In this document: positions 42,706 to 52,394 of the stretch, piece after piece | How the letters are laid out: the number at the start of each line of letters is the position of its first letter | Numbering within the stretch: position 1 is the stretch's first letter | Sequence record: PP400786 | Origin: Escherichia phage FL12 | Length of the DNA stretch: 64,000 nucleotides | Strand: one strand, 5' to 3' | Made by a program: the position numbers and the translations under genes | Notes under the pieces: generated by a model | Seen by the model: the letters and a program-made list of their open reading frames with translations, nothing else | Database searches by the model: none | Told to the model about the DNA's origin: nothing

Positions 42706-43209
42706 CTAAAATCTCCTTGCATGGACAACGTTCAGAAGCTCAACACCATCTTCAATCCACTGGTCTGTTACCCAACCACAGACCGAAATAAATGGGGTCT
42801 TGATAGCTACTGCACGAGTTAGAAGGTCAGTAGGATCAACTTCTTTGAAGAGGATAAGCTCTGCTTCAAAGACTATAGTTTTAATTACTTCATCATTATC
42901 TAAGCGATGTGCTCGAATCACGTAAGCTTTATTCTTATCATACCAATTACTTTTTGAAAAACTTTTAACCACAAACTCACCTTCACCAAAAACACTGGTC
43001 AATGCTTTATAACCCAAATTTAATTCAGTAGTTTTAATTTCAGTTTCAACCAGTTTGTAGGTTTTGCCAGTTTCGATGGTCCGAGCAGTCATAAATGTTT
43101 CCTTAATTTCCAGTGGTTTAACAGGGCATACATAAGTGCTTACAACATCAAAATCAATCAGTTTAGCTACCGGATTTGGTATGTATTCAAGATTATAATT
43201 AAATTTCAT
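42706..43209 (-). CDS. hypothetical protein, tandem paralog B
   Basis: 167-aa ORF; C-terminal motif ...GWVTDQWIEDGVELLNVVH. Confidence 0.5.
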   Translation of the reverse strand: MKFNYNLEYIPNPVAKLIDFDVVSTYVCPVKPLEIKETFMTARTIETGKTYKLVETEIKTTELNLGYKALTSVFGEGEFVVKSFSKSNWYDKNKAYVIRAHRLDNDEVIKTIVFEAELILFKEVDPTDLLTRAVAIKTPFISVCGWVTDQWIEDGVELLNVVHARRF

Positions 43210-43211
43210 AA

Positions 43212-43751
43212 TTATCTCATTTCAATAAAATCTACGAGTTCAGCATGCGATTTGCGGAACATTACTTGATGCCCACCAATGATAACTTCATCTTCAGGAA
43301 CTTCGTATACAGCGAGATAAAATCCTTTAGAAGATAATTCTTCCCGCTCTTCTCGTGTGAACCATCTCATCATATCATATTCGCTAGCGAAAGCAAAATG
43401 ATAAAGAGCTATAAACCATCCTGGAATATGATATTCTACTCCAACATAATCTTTCTTGAACTTAGTATTAATTACTATATTAGCGTTTTTAACTAATAGT
43501 TTATCTTCGTGTGGTAAAGGAATTCTTTTATTATTATCGCTATGATGCATAAAATTAGGTCTGTCATAACCTACGTGTAATAGCCACTCTTCGCTCCATG
43601 AATCTATTATACTCCTGTATGGCGTTATTTGAACACAAAGATTTCGACGTATTGTTATAGCATCTTCACAATTAAGAATACTAAACGATGATTCAACACG
43701 GTAAATTTTCATTTTATTATCCTCAGTAGCTATGGTGTTATAATACCACAA
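43212..43751 (-). CDS. hypothetical protein
   Basis: 179-aa ORF. Confidence 0.5.
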   Translation of the reverse strand: MWYYNTIATEDNKMKIYRVESSFSILNCEDAITIRRNLCVQITPYRSIIDSWSEEWLLHVGYDRPNFMHHSDNNKRIPLPHEDKLLVKNANIVINTKFKKDYVGVEYHIPGWFIALYHFAFASEYDMMRWFTREEREELSSKGFYLAVYEVPEDEVIIGGHQVMFRKSHAELVDFIEMR

Positions 43752-43771
43752 CTAACCGAGGAAGTAAACAA
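43738..43771 (-). promoter_or_regulatory. early promoter
   Basis: Minus strand GTTTAC, about 19 nt, TATTATAA. Confidence 0.4.
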
Positions 43772-43775
43772 CTTT

Positions 43776-44459
43776 TTATCGTTTTGTTGGAAGAGATAGA
43801 GGATCGCATTCTTCCTCTGATGGAGCATCTTCAAGACCCATAGCATAGCGCAAAGCATACTTCATCATCAGGATGTCTTTCGCACAGTCATGAATAGAAT
43901 CATGTGCAACGAATCCATCTAAAGTTCCCTTTGGAAGGGGGCATGTGGTCATATCACGAACAAGCAGAAGTGCTTCAATTCTGGTACGAATATCACGCTG
44001 ATTCCAAAATTTACAAGGTTCTAACTTAAATGTATCAAGCTCATTCTCAGAAACGCCATTAAGACGTTGAATATCACGAATGAGATCGACTAAAATTGGA
44101 AAATCAAACGACATTCCACGGCACCAGCCTTGAGATTTCCAAGGATCGATATTATGTGCATTGATGTAATCATTAAATTTTGCAATACCATCGATAGTGC
44201 TTACATCTTCATCGGATGGTGCAATATTTTTTCGAGCTTCAGGAGACTGATTTTTCCACCATTCGATAGTGCTTTTAGTAAAAAGACGATGTCCTTTTTG
44301 GCTTTTTAAATCAAATTTGATTTTAATGCCACGTGAAACTAATTCATCAAATGTTTCAACTACTTCTGGGTTAGGGTCAAAAGCAATTACAGCCAAATCA
44401 ATAACAGCTGCTTTTTCACCGCTTCCCATTGTTTCAAAATCTATAATAAAATCAAACAT
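43776..44459 (-). CDS. dexA: exonuclease A (DEDDh 3'-5' exonuclease)
   Basis: 227-aa ORF MFDFIIDFETMGSGEKAAVIDLAVIAFD... (exo I motif). Confidence 0.85.
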   Translation of the reverse strand: MFDFIIDFETMGSGEKAAVIDLAVIAFDPNPEVVETFDELVSRGIKIKFDLKSQKGHRLFTKSTIEWWKNQSPEARKNIAPSDEDVSTIDGIAKFNDYINAHNIDPWKSQGWCRGMSFDFPILVDLIRDIQRLNGVSENELDTFKLEPCKFWNQRDIRTRIEALLLVRDMTTCPLPKGTLDGFVAHDSIHDCAKDILMMKYALRYAMGLEDAPSEEECDPLSLPTKR

Positions 44460-44734
44460 TAAATTTTCCTCGCTAAATCACGAATTTGGCCTACAGTATA
44501 GTCTTGAATATAAACTTTATTAATAGGTTCATCAATAAATTTTGCCATAGATTCAATGTCTTTTTGCATCTCTTCAAGACTGTATATTATCTTTAAAGCT
44601 TTTTCGCGAATAGTAACATTATCAGGTCCTGAATTTTCTTGAATGACAGCTTTAACATTTGCCGTAAGAGATTTAAACTGATGCAAACTTAATTCAATCA
44701 TTAATAACCGCCTTATAAAGATGGCTAATTTCAC
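44459..44734 (-). CDS. hypothetical small protein
   Basis: 91-aa ORF; resembles next ORF (SLEE...DY.VGQI pattern). Confidence 0.4.
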   Translation of the reverse strand: MKLAIFIRRLLMIELSLHQFKSLTANVKAVIQENSGPDNVTIREKALKIIYSLEEMQKDIESMAKFIDEPINKVYIQDYTVGQIRDLARKI

Positions 44735-44954
44735 CTAAAACATAATCACTGATTGTAACAGTTTTCACTTCGCCGCAAAAGAATTCTAACGCAATCAAAT
44801 CTCGTTCAATTTCTTCCAATTGAAGCATTAACTTGCCTGATTCAATTTTCACGTTTTTGCGATTTTTACTATAAGCTATTTCATAAATTTCGCTCACTTT
44901 ATCTTGAAGCAGATAAAACTGGTCTTTAGTTATTTCCACGAATAGCTTCCTCAA
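44694..44954 (-). CDS. hypothetical small protein
   Basis: 86-aa ORF; pattern QLEEIERDL...ISDYVLGEI. Confidence 0.4.
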   Translation of the reverse strand: MRKLFVEITKDQFYLLQDKVSEIYEIAYSKNRKNVKIESGKLMLQLEEIERDLIALEFFCGEVKTVTISDYVLGEISHLYKAVIND

Positions 44955-45186
44955 ATTTAATCAGCAACTTACAGACACTTTCATCTAATGTAATTACCGT
45001 ATCTGTATTACTGTGATATGATTGTTTTTCAATTCGTTTAATTGCTAGTATAGTATCACTTATAAGATTAAGCTTATAAAGGAGCTCAGCTCCTGTTACC
45101 ATAACACTGAGGTTATCTTGCTTATCAGTGTGCTTCTTTATACCATCTATTAGACGATTTAAATATTTTGAATTGATGTTAATCAT
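44926..45186 (-). CDS. hypothetical small protein
   Basis: 86-aa ORF downstream of dda. Confidence 0.4.
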   Translation of the reverse strand: MININSKYLNRLIDGIKKHTDKQDNLSVMVTGAELLYKLNLISDTILAIKRIEKQSYHSNTDTVITLDESVCKLLIKFEEAIRGNN

Positions 45187-45192
45187 ATATCC

Positions 45193-46512
45193 TCACACAT
45201 AAAACACATCATAACGACCACGAGTGACACCAACATAAAGAAGCTGCTGAGCCAATTCAGCATCTGCATAATGAATACAAGGCGTATAGATGAAAGCACG
45301 GTCTACAGACATACCCTGCGCTTTATGGAATGTTGATGCAGGAAGTGCTTTCACTTTACTAAACTGTGATTTAGCATCCCAAAAATCACTCCACGGAGCT
45401 TTTCCACCTTTATTCCAATTTTTATAAGTTTCTGCTGTTTTACCTAAAAATAGGTTAAACTTATATAGCTCTTCATCAGATGAAATTATTTTAATCTTTT
45501 CACGATAATATTCATCATCGCCGTAAGTTTCTACTGTTAAATCCCAATGACGAATTAGATATTCTCCAGGAACACCACGAGCTTTAACAAACGTTGATGT
45601 ATACTCTGCTTCTATAATACGAACTAATTGTCCGTTATTAAAAATAATTTCTGACACAGGCTTTCCATCAATTTTATATGTTTTAATTAATGGTTCCTGC
45701 ATTACAATAATTTCACCGACAATAAAATCTTTATCAGTTTCAAAAATCTTTTTACGAATAATGCTATTTAACTTGTCAACAGATTTATTCGTAAATGCCA
45801 TTACGCGATTTTCAAACAAATCATCTAAAGATTTGACGATTGAAAAATAATTTACCATAAAATCGCGTAAAGCGGTATCACCAGTAAATCCACGTACTCC
45901 ATGCCCGTCAACAACTTTATCATAAATCCACTTACCGTTACGAACATCAGTAGCTACATCAATAATAGGAGCATTACTGCGTTTAACTTCAGTGAGTTCA
46001 CACTGATAAAAATCTTTGTGTGTAAAGAACGGACTGATATAAGCAGTGTTTTCTCCTGGGTCAACAGGTCTAATTTGCTTATTATCGCCTATTCCAATTA
46101 TAGTACACCAAGGTGGGATAGTTGAAAGCAGAATTTTAAATAGCTTTCTATCATACATTGACACTTCATCGCAGATTAATACTCTGCATTTAGCTAAATC
46201 TGGTACTTCCTTCTGTTCAAAAAGAACATTTTCTTCATATGTTACTGGGTTAATTTTAAGAATACTATGAATAGTACTTGCTTCTTTCCCTGATAGTTTT
46301 GAAAGAATCTTTTTAGCTGCATGAGTAGGAGCTGCCAAAATGATACCAGTTTCACCCGTAGATATTAAAGCTTCAATGATGAACTTAGTAAGAGTAGTCT
46401 TACCGGTACCAGCAGGTCCATTAATAGTTACATGATGTTTCTTTTCTTTAATAGCCTTCATAACAATGTTAAAGGCATTTTTCTGGCCTTCGGTCAAATC
46501 ATCAAATGTCAT
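45193..46512 (-). CDS. dda: Dda DNA helicase (SF1B)
   Basis: 439-aa ORF with Walker A GPAGTGKTT and Walker B ...LICDEVSM... Confidence 0.9.
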   Translation of the reverse strand: MTFDDLTEGQKNAFNIVMKAIKEKKHHVTINGPAGTGKTTLTKFIIEALISTGETGIILAAPTHAAKKILSKLSGKEASTIHSILKINPVTYEENVLFEQKEVPDLAKCRVLICDEVSMYDRKLFKILLSTIPPWCTIIGIGDNKQIRPVDPGENTAYISPFFTHKDFYQCELTEVKRSNAPIIDVATDVRNGKWIYDKVVDGHGVRGFTGDTALRDFMVNYFSIVKSLDDLFENRVMAFTNKSVDKLNSIIRKKIFETDKDFIVGEIIVMQEPLIKTYKIDGKPVSEIIFNNGQLVRIIEAEYTSTFVKARGVPGEYLIRHWDLTVETYGDDEYYREKIKIISSDEELYKFNLFLGKTAETYKNWNKGGKAPWSDFWDAKSQFSKVKALPASTFHKAQGMSVDRAFIYTPCIHYADAELAQQLLYVGVTRGRYDVFYV

Positions 46513-46820
46513 CGTAAATTCCCTGCAATTGGAATACTAACAATACGCCCAGTATCTAAAATTCGCTGATATAATCTTTGTGTGTCTACGTCAGGCTTAA
46601 CATGTTTAACTTCTATTTTATTAAACCAAAATTTACGTGGAGTCTCAACTAATCTCGGAATTCCCATACCTAAAGCTAGTCGATACTGCTCTTTAAGAGT
46701 TGTAAAAACTTTATCAGCAATCTCCCTTTCAAAAAATACAGCAGGGCGGTGTTCATCAAGAGGAACTGGCGCCGTAAATCCGTCTTTGTCTCGGTAAACT
46801 ATCGCGTATACATAAACCAT
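46509..46820 (-). CDS. hypothetical protein (dda.1 position)
   Basis: 103-aa ORF coupled to dda. Confidence 0.5.
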   Translation of the reverse strand: MVYVYAIVYRDKDGFTAPVPLDEHRPAVFFEREIADKVFTTLKEQYRLALGMGIPRLVETPRKFWFNKIEVKHVKPDVDTQRLYQRILDTGRIVSIPIAGNLR

Positions 46821-46821
46821 A

Positions 46822-47568
46822 TTATCCTCGGATAAGTTTAAAAATTGAACAATTTAGCGGGTATCCTCTTTTCAGTTTAAGTTTATCAATAAAAGACAAA
46901 TTTTGATACCGCTCTACACCTTGAATAATTTTATCACACATATCATATTGCATTTCTGCTTCTGACAACTTTTTCACAATTTTCCAATCCGAGCCTTTAA
47001 GAAGAACATTCAGTTTAACAACTTCAGCGCCTTCTGCTATGCGAGAACCATCAATACGTGCTTTAAGTGCTATAATCCTTAGCTTAATGTCAGAGGTCTG
47101 TTTTGATTTAGAAAGCTGAGAAATGTGTTCAATTCGGTTTTCACGTTTTTTCTGTATAGCTTTAATTTGATTATAAGTCTTTTTGATTTTAGCCCATTTC
47201 TTTTCATCTAAATTTAGTTTATGAACTTTTTTCGCAGATGAACGACCAATTCGCAAAGCAAATAAATCCCGTTTTTCAATCAACTCCTCTAAAGTATAAT
47301 CAGAACGAAATGTATTATACTTTTTCTTTACTGCAATAACATTCCCTTTAATGTATCCAACGTTATTATCAAAACGTTCTAATGATAATTTCTCTCCTTC
47401 AATACGATTATCAAAAGGTTCTCCCGAGTAAGCACAAACTTTTTGATCTAAAATGTTCTTAATGTAATTGAAGTCTAAGTTAAAATCTTTAGAACGTCTT
47501 TTTGCAGATGCCTGAGTATGCTCTAAACGACGTTTAATTTTACGAATTTGGTTATTAGACAGCTTCAT
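46822..47568 (-). CDS. srd: Srd-like protein
   Basis: 248-aa basic ORF upstream of dda and downstream of modA; assigned mainly by synteny. Confidence 0.55.
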   Translation of the reverse strand: MKLSNNQIRKIKRRLEHTQASAKRRSKDFNLDFNYIKNILDQKVCAYSGEPFDNRIEGEKLSLERFDNNVGYIKGNVIAVKKKYNTFRSDYTLEELIEKRDLFALRIGRSSAKKVHKLNLDEKKWAKIKKTYNQIKAIQKKRENRIEHISQLSKSKQTSDIKLRIIALKARIDGSRIAEGAEVVKLNVLLKGSDWKIVKKLSEAEMQYDMCDKIIQGVERYQNLSFIDKLKLKRGYPLNCSIFKLIRG

Positions 47569-47602
47569 ATTTTTCTCACATCTTACGGACGGTTAACTAC
47601 TT

Positions 47603-47635
47603 ATACTATAACATTTTTACTTTAACTTGTAAACA
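47603..47635 (-). promoter_or_regulatory. early promoter
   Basis: Minus strand GTTTACA, 18 nt, TATAGTAT. Confidence 0.5.
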
Positions 47636-47691
47636 ACTTTATGTAAAAATGCTTTAAAAATTTCATGGTATAATGAATCTAAGTCCTTCCA

Positions 47692-48294
47692 TTATAGATT
47701 AAATCCTTCAAAATCAAGAGTATAGATAGTGTATGTTGAATACTTTTTGTACTCATATCTATCTGCAATTCTAAATACACTTCCAGCTGGTATCATTACT
47801 TCTTGTTCATCTGAAACTAATTCCATATTACGATAACGATGGCTATCTGGAAACTTAAAACTTGGACTATATTCTTTACAACGTAGAGCTTTTATAGCAT
47901 ACTCCTGGAAATTAAACACCATAGGAGCTTTGAATTCAAAAATAACTTGTGTGTTGTATTCTAATCCAGAAGCAAAATGTAGAGCTATATTTTTATCATA
48001 TGAAGCTGATACTACTTTATCAAATGTAATAATATCAATTCCTTGATTTAACACCTGTTTAGTCTCAACTGGAACACCTCTCCAAAGAGGTTTATCGTTT
48101 GGAACCAAACGAGATTTGATTATTTCATTTAACCAAGAATGATCGTCTGGCTTATTAGTAATACAATGAATTAAAAGTTCAATTTCGGATAAATTAAATC
48201 CTTCAGAAAGTAATTCTTCACGAATAGAAGCACGCACCGATGCATCCATTGATTTGATTTTAAAATCTTTTAATTGCATTGCTGAATATTTCAT
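47692..48294 (-). CDS. modA: ADP-ribosyltransferase ModA
   Basis: 200-aa ORF; ART-like features (R...S.S...EQE); tandem with a paralog as in T4. Confidence 0.7.
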   Translation of the reverse strand: MKYSAMQLKDFKIKSMDASVRASIREELLSEGFNLSEIELLIHCITNKPDDHSWLNEIIKSRLVPNDKPLWRGVPVETKQVLNQGIDIITFDKVVSASYDKNIALHFASGLEYNTQVIFEFKAPMVFNFQEYAIKALRCKEYSPSFKFPDSHRYRNMELVSDEQEVMIPAGSVFRIADRYEYKKYSTYTIYTLDFEGFNL

Positions 48295-48926
48295 TCAACT
48301 ACCTCAATATCATACACTTTAAATGTTCCAAACGAATCGTGTAATTTTTCTTTTGAAATAGAAGTTATTTTATACTTTCCAATTGGAATCATCCATTCTT
48401 GTTCACGTACAATCATCATTAAGTTATCAGTACGTTCTGAATCTAATCCATCTGTATCTTCATATGTATACTTAAACTCAGTATTAGGAGAAGAAAGTAT
48501 AATATCGCTGATATGGTCAGAATAATTAAAAGCTTTATCAGTTTTTAAGCGAAATATTATTTCAGTGAAATACTCAAAATAAGAAAAACCACATGCTGTG
48601 TGCAAACTAGTAGTAAATGAATCTACTCTGTTCGTTGAAAACACTTCTCCGACTTGTAAATCTTTAATGAGTTCTTTTGTCGATTTTGATATACCACGAT
48701 ATAACTGATAAGGCGATTTAGTTAAATGCTTTTTAACGATTTTATTCAACTGTTGATGAAGAGCTTCATTCTTTTTGGCTTCCATACATTGCCAAAGAAC
48801 TGACTGTTCAAAGTCAGTAAATTTTTCACAGACCTTTTTATACATATCATATTGAAAATCAACACTTTCAGCTTTTATAGATAATTGTTCAACATCTGCA
48901 AGATTAATAATCATGATAGCCTCCAT
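48291..48926 (-). CDS. modB: ADP-ribosyltransferase ModB
   Basis: 211-aa paralog of the neighbour; R-S-EQE pattern. Confidence 0.7.
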   Translation of the reverse strand: MEAIMIINLADVEQLSIKAESVDFQYDMYKKVCEKFTDFEQSVLWQCMEAKKNEALHQQLNKIVKKHLTKSPYQLYRGISKSTKELIKDLQVGEVFSTNRVDSFTTSLHTACGFSYFEYFTEIIFRLKTDKAFNYSDHISDIILSSPNTEFKYTYEDTDGLDSERTDNLMMIVREQEWMIPIGKYKITSISKEKLHDSFGTFKVYDIEVVE

Positions 48927-48940
48927 ATACTTCAGAAGCT

Positions 48941-48972
48941 ATCATATCATTGTTAGGAAGGAAAGTAAACAA
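48941..48972 (-). promoter_or_regulatory. early promoter
   Basis: Minus strand GTTTAC, 17 nt, TATGATA. Confidence 0.5.
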
Positions 48973-48981
48973 CTTTTTGAA

Positions 48982-49164
48982 TTATTTTGCCCAGGGAGCC
49001 CAGGGCGGAGGGTCAAGATGGTATGAAGCTAGTTCTTCTAGAAGAGCATCTGGGGCTTCAATTCCATAATTCTGTAATACTATACGGTACTCTTTCTTAT
49101 AATCACTAGAATCATTCTGGATATTCGTAGAATGATTATCTTCTAACATCTCAAATAAATCCAT
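48982..49164 (-). CDS. hypothetical protein
   Basis: 60-aa acidic ORF. Confidence 0.4.
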   Translation of the reverse strand: MDLFEMLEDNHSTNIQNDSSDYKKEYRIVLQNYGIEAPDALLEELASYHLDPPPWAPWAK

Positions 49165-49172
49165 ATTAATTC

Positions 49173-49655
49173 CTAGCGATAAAAACCAAACCGACGATTA
49201 GTTTCAATAATCTTTCTTTCTTCTTCGGACATTCTCCAGCGTAGTCCAACATCAAAATGAGCCCAGACCATCTTAACAAATGCATTTATATCTTTAATAT
49301 CTTCAATAATGAATGTTTTACTTTTAGAAGGTTGACCTGCTAAATTAAGTGCTAATTTAACTTTATCGTCTTCAAACATGTCAAAAAGACCATATTCATG
49401 AGCTCTTTTATAGCCTTTAATAGTTAAAGCTTCGGAAGAAGAAAACGGTGAATCTGTATTCTGCAAAATATCTTCAGTATGCTTTATAATTAGAATAACA
49501 TTTTCTGGATATTTTCTTTCTTTTATATCTTTAATTAAAATATCCGGATTTTCTGCTAAAGGAATAATTAACGAGCATTTTTTATCAAGTGTATTTACTG
49601 ATTTACCTTCTTTAGACATAAATTCTATTGAATAATGTTTTGCTACTTCAATCAT
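49173..49655 (-). CDS. hypothetical protein
   Basis: 160-aa ORF. Confidence 0.5.
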   Translation of the reverse strand: MIEVAKHYSIEFMSKEGKSVNTLDKKCSLIIPLAENPDILIKDIKERKYPENVILIIKHTEDILQNTDSPFSSSEALTIKGYKRAHEYGLFDMFEDDKVKLALNLAGQPSKSKTFIIEDIKDINAFVKMVWAHFDVGLRWRMSEEERKIIETNRRFGFYR

Positions 49656-49808
49656 GGGATTTCCTTTTGCCTACTAATGGACCATCGGGAATTTTGTTTT
49701 CCTGAATGTATTTCTCATTTTCTTCCATCATTTTACTACCGATTTTAAGAAGCAAATCCAAGGCTTCATTTGCTTTTGCTTTGGCCTCTTCTAACGTCAT
49801 ATCTTTGC

Positions 49809-50012
49809 TCATGATTTATCACCGTAAATATCTCTCATTAATTTAAGAGCTGAGCGCTCTAATTTCTTTTCTTGCTCAGCTTTAATCATAGATTTCATCC
49901 ACTCTTCTGATTCGTTCTGCATTTCTTTATTTGCTTGTTCAACCCAGCCATCGTCAATATACATTGAGTTTGATCTATTGAACCATTCAAGCATTTTCTT
50001 CAGAACTTTCAT
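49809..50012 (-). CDS. hypothetical protein
   Basis: 67-aa ORF. Confidence 0.45.
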   Translation of the reverse strand: MKVLKKMLEWFNRSNSMYIDDGWVEQANKEMQNESEEWMKSMIKAEQEKKLERSALKLMRDIYGDKS

Positions 50013-50021
50013 TTGTTTTAC

Positions 50022-50489
50022 CTAAAACAATAGTAGGAGCATCGTCAAATTCATGAATTTTAGCAATTTTGGATTTAAATTATTCCATACATAATAAATA
50101 AAGTATGATAAAGCATCTTCACTCGCAATTATAAATTTATTTCCTTTATCTATTTTCCAACTATATAATGAATCGTACGAATAGAAAGATAAAGGTTTAT
50201 CATTATATTGTTCTGCGCTAACATTAATGTATTCGGATTTAGTAAATGCTTCAATTGCTCTAAACGGAATATTTGGTACAGTTTCAATAATACCAATCTT
50301 TTTAAGTTTTATTTCAGCATCTTCTGGAACTGGCATTGAAACGAAATTTTCTACGAGATACATAGGGTTACAATAACCCTTATCAATCACTACGGCTACA
50401 GTAATTGGAACATCTTTAGCAAACGACATGCTATTACTGCTAATATACATTTCAAACAAAATCGCTTCCATAATTTTCCTCAATCGCAA
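50022..50489 (-). CDS. hypothetical protein
   Basis: 155-aa ORF. Confidence 0.5.
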   Translation of the reverse strand: MRLRKIMEAILFEMYISSNSMSFAKDVPITVAVVIDKGYCNPMYLVENFVSMPVPEDAEIKLKKIGIIETVPNIPFRAIEAFTKSEYINVSAEQYNDKPLSFYSYDSLYSWKIDKGNKFIIASEDALSYFIYYVWNNLNPKLLKFMNLTMLLLLF

Positions 50490-50821
50490 GATGTAGATGA
50501 ACAGCCAGAATCACAAGAACTTCCACATGAATCGCCCATCCATACATGAACAGGAACATTAGTATCATATGAATCAGAACTAGACTGTGTATTCTGTGCA
50601 TTAGATGATGTAGTAGGTACTGACCAGCGCCAAGGATTTTTATAATATTCTTGGGCTTCTTCATAAGTCATAGTAACTGCTTCTACTGTTCCATCTCCCA
50701 TATAAACATACTCAACTACAGTTAAAGGAAGATAGTCATTTGAAATAGGAACTACACCTTCTCCGGGAGTTGTAGAGAAAAAATCTGTAAAGAAACTTTT
50801 AAACCAATTAAAGATAAACAT
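50480..50821 (-). CDS. hypothetical protein with Cys/Ser-rich C-terminal tail
   Basis: 113-aa ORF ending ...[20 protein letters not shown]. Confidence 0.5.
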   Translation of the reverse strand: MFIFNWFKSFFTDFFSTTPGEGVVPISNDYLPLTVVEYVYMGDGTVEAVTMTYEEAQEYYKNPWRWSVPTTSSNAQNTQSSSDSYDTNVPVHVWMGDSCGSSCDSGCSSTSCD

Positions 50822-51027
50822 TACAAAAAGCCTCTCTTGAATTCGACTTGCTTTTCGCCATAATCATATCGAATCTCTGCATTAAATTCGACAGAACCAT
50901 CTGCGTACATCATAAATGAATGCACAACAACTTCTGTGGACCATGGCTGCAGTTCATATTTCTTCATTACATGCCGTGAAATGATAATATCTAAATCTTC
51001 ATTTGGTTTAATCCAACGATTTAACAT
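50821..51027 (-). CDS. hypothetical protein
   Basis: 68-aa ORF preceded by an early promoter. Confidence 0.5.
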   Translation of the reverse strand: MLNRWIKPNEDLDIIISRHVMKKYELQPWSTEVVVHSFMMYADGSVEFNAEIRYDYGEKQVEFKRGFL

Positions 51028-51053
51028 AGTGCTCTCCTCTATAAGATAATTCT

Positions 51054-51083
51054 ATTATACCATACTCATTTTGATATGTAAAC
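51054..51083 (-). promoter_or_regulatory. early promoter
   Basis: Minus strand GTTTACA, 17 nt, TATAAT. Confidence 0.45.
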
Positions 51084-51091
51084 TGCAAAAA

Positions 51092-51120
51092 CGAAAAAAG
51101 GAACCCCGAAGGATTCCTTA
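51092..51120 (-). terminator. intrinsic terminator after soc
   Basis: Hairpin AGGAAUCC-UUCG-GGGUUCCU followed by UUUUUUCGUUUUU. Confidence 0.6.
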
Positions 51121-51124
51121 AATT

Positions 51125-51382
51125 TTAACCACCAATACCTGGAGTTGGCGTAACAGTCCAAAGACCTTCATTAGCAGTAATCCATTCAGTACGCTGATTT
51201 TCTTCATATACTGTAGAATATGCTGCTTTTTCAGAAGGGAATGTCTGATAATGAGCACCAGAAATTTTGTGAACATCAGAATAAAGAGGGAAAGCTACAG
51301 AAATTTCTTTACCCTGAATTGTACCACCATCAACTGCTTGGTCAAATGTTTTGATATTAACATAACCGCGAGTACTAGCCAT
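51125..51382 (-). CDS. soc: small outer capsid protein
   Basis: 85-aa ORF MASTRGYVNIKTF...ISVAFPLYSDVHKISGAHYQTFPSEKAAYSTVYEENQRTEWI... Confidence 0.85.
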   Translation of the reverse strand: MASTRGYVNIKTFDQAVDGGTIQGKEISVAFPLYSDVHKISGAHYQTFPSEKAAYSTVYEENQRTEWITANEGLWTVTPTPGIGG

Positions 51383-51398
51383 GTAATTCTCCTTTTAT

Positions 51399-51608
51399 TT
51401 AAATTACATGATTATTTATAATAAATTCTCGCGGAACGTTAAAATATCCGATTTTAGTTAATATAACAACATCACCGTTAATAATTACCGGAGAATAATC
51501 TTCTGGAGCATTAAATTTCCAATGGGCTCTAATATTATATCCATCAGAACCAAATGCTCGAGTAGCCGGTCTCCCGGCTTTTTGCCACGCGTAGAAATCA
51601 AATTTCAT
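51399..51608 (-). CDS. hypothetical protein
   Basis: 69-aa ORF. Confidence 0.45.
   Translation of the reverse strand: MKFDFYAWQKAGRPATRAFGSDGYNIRAHWKFNAPEDYSPVIINGDVVILTKIGYFNVPREFIINNHVI
51413..51420 (-). promoter_or_regulatory. late promoter for soc
   Basis: Plus strand tatttata equals TATAAATA on minus strand, about 30 nt upstream of soc ATG. Confidence 0.55.
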
Positions 51609-51805
51609 TTTGAATGCTCTATAATTAATTTTAAGGCTTCTTCGCTGACAAAAATTTCGTCAGGACCTTCTTCTATAACCCAATCAACCATACGAAGTTG
51701 ATTAGTTAAGAGCTCACATACGAGCTCCTTGTTATAATCTTTAAATAGCTGGTTAATACGTTTCTTATGGGCTTTCTTAAGCTGACGCTTATTTAAACGA
51801 GCCAT
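51605..51805 (-). CDS. hypothetical protein
   Basis: 66-aa basic ORF. Confidence 0.45.
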   Translation of the reverse strand: MARLNKRQLKKAHKKRINQLFKDYNKELVCELLTNQLRMVDWVIEEGPDEIFVSEEALKLIIEHSK

Positions 51806-52323
51806 TAATAACCTCGGTCTTGACGAGCGAAGTTTTCAGCATTTTTCAGGTAATAAAGTTTAAAGATTTCTTCAGCTGACATTCCAAGAGCAATAAATTT
51901 ATTCATGAAAAAGTGAAATTGGTCAATCAGTTCAAATTTAATTTCAAGCTGATCTTCGGGAGATAAATCTTGAATTTTCTTGGATTGCATTTCAGAATAA
52001 CGTTTCTTCCAAGGTTTCCATACAGCAGAAGCTTCTTTTTCACCATTACTCATACCACCAAGAGAAGTATATAGTTCGCGAGTTTCATCTGCGATATAAT
52101 CGTCTTGGTTTCGCAACCAAGCAAGAACTTCTCCTGCGGTTTCAAGTGAATCAGGATGACGATTTGTTTCTGGTTTATCATTAGCCAAACGAATCTGTAA
52201 ATGCCGCTGCATATCAAGCATAACCTGCAGTGGGTCAATATTGTGCATAATATTCTCAGCATATGCACGATTTGCTTTATCAACACCTTCGATCAAATGA
52301 GCACATTCATTAAAGTAAGCCAT
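51805..52323 (-). CDS. 56: dCTP pyrophosphatase (MazG-like)
   Basis: About 172 aa from MAYFNECAHLIEGVDKA...; ...EASAVWKPWK...KLYYLKNAENFARQDRGY; internal Met of track ORF. Confidence 0.8.
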   Translation of the reverse strand: MAYFNECAHLIEGVDKANRAYAENIMHNIDPLQVMLDMQRHLQIRLANDKPETNRHPDSLETAGEVLAWLRNQDDYIADETRELYTSLGGMSNGEKEASAVWKPWKKRYSEMQSKKIQDLSPEDQLEIKFELIDQFHFFMNKFIALGMSAEEIFKLYYLKNAENFARQDRGY

Positions 52324-52358
52324 TATTTTTCCTTTCAATTCATGGGTTAGTAGATTAA

Positions 52359-52384
52359 TTATACAATAAATATATAAAGCAATA
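52359..52384 (-). promoter_or_regulatory. possible MotA-dependent middle promoter for gene 56
   Basis: Minus strand ATTGCTTTA (MotA-box-like), 11-12 nt, TATAAT. Confidence 0.3.
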
Positions 52385-52394
52385 AGGAGGACAT

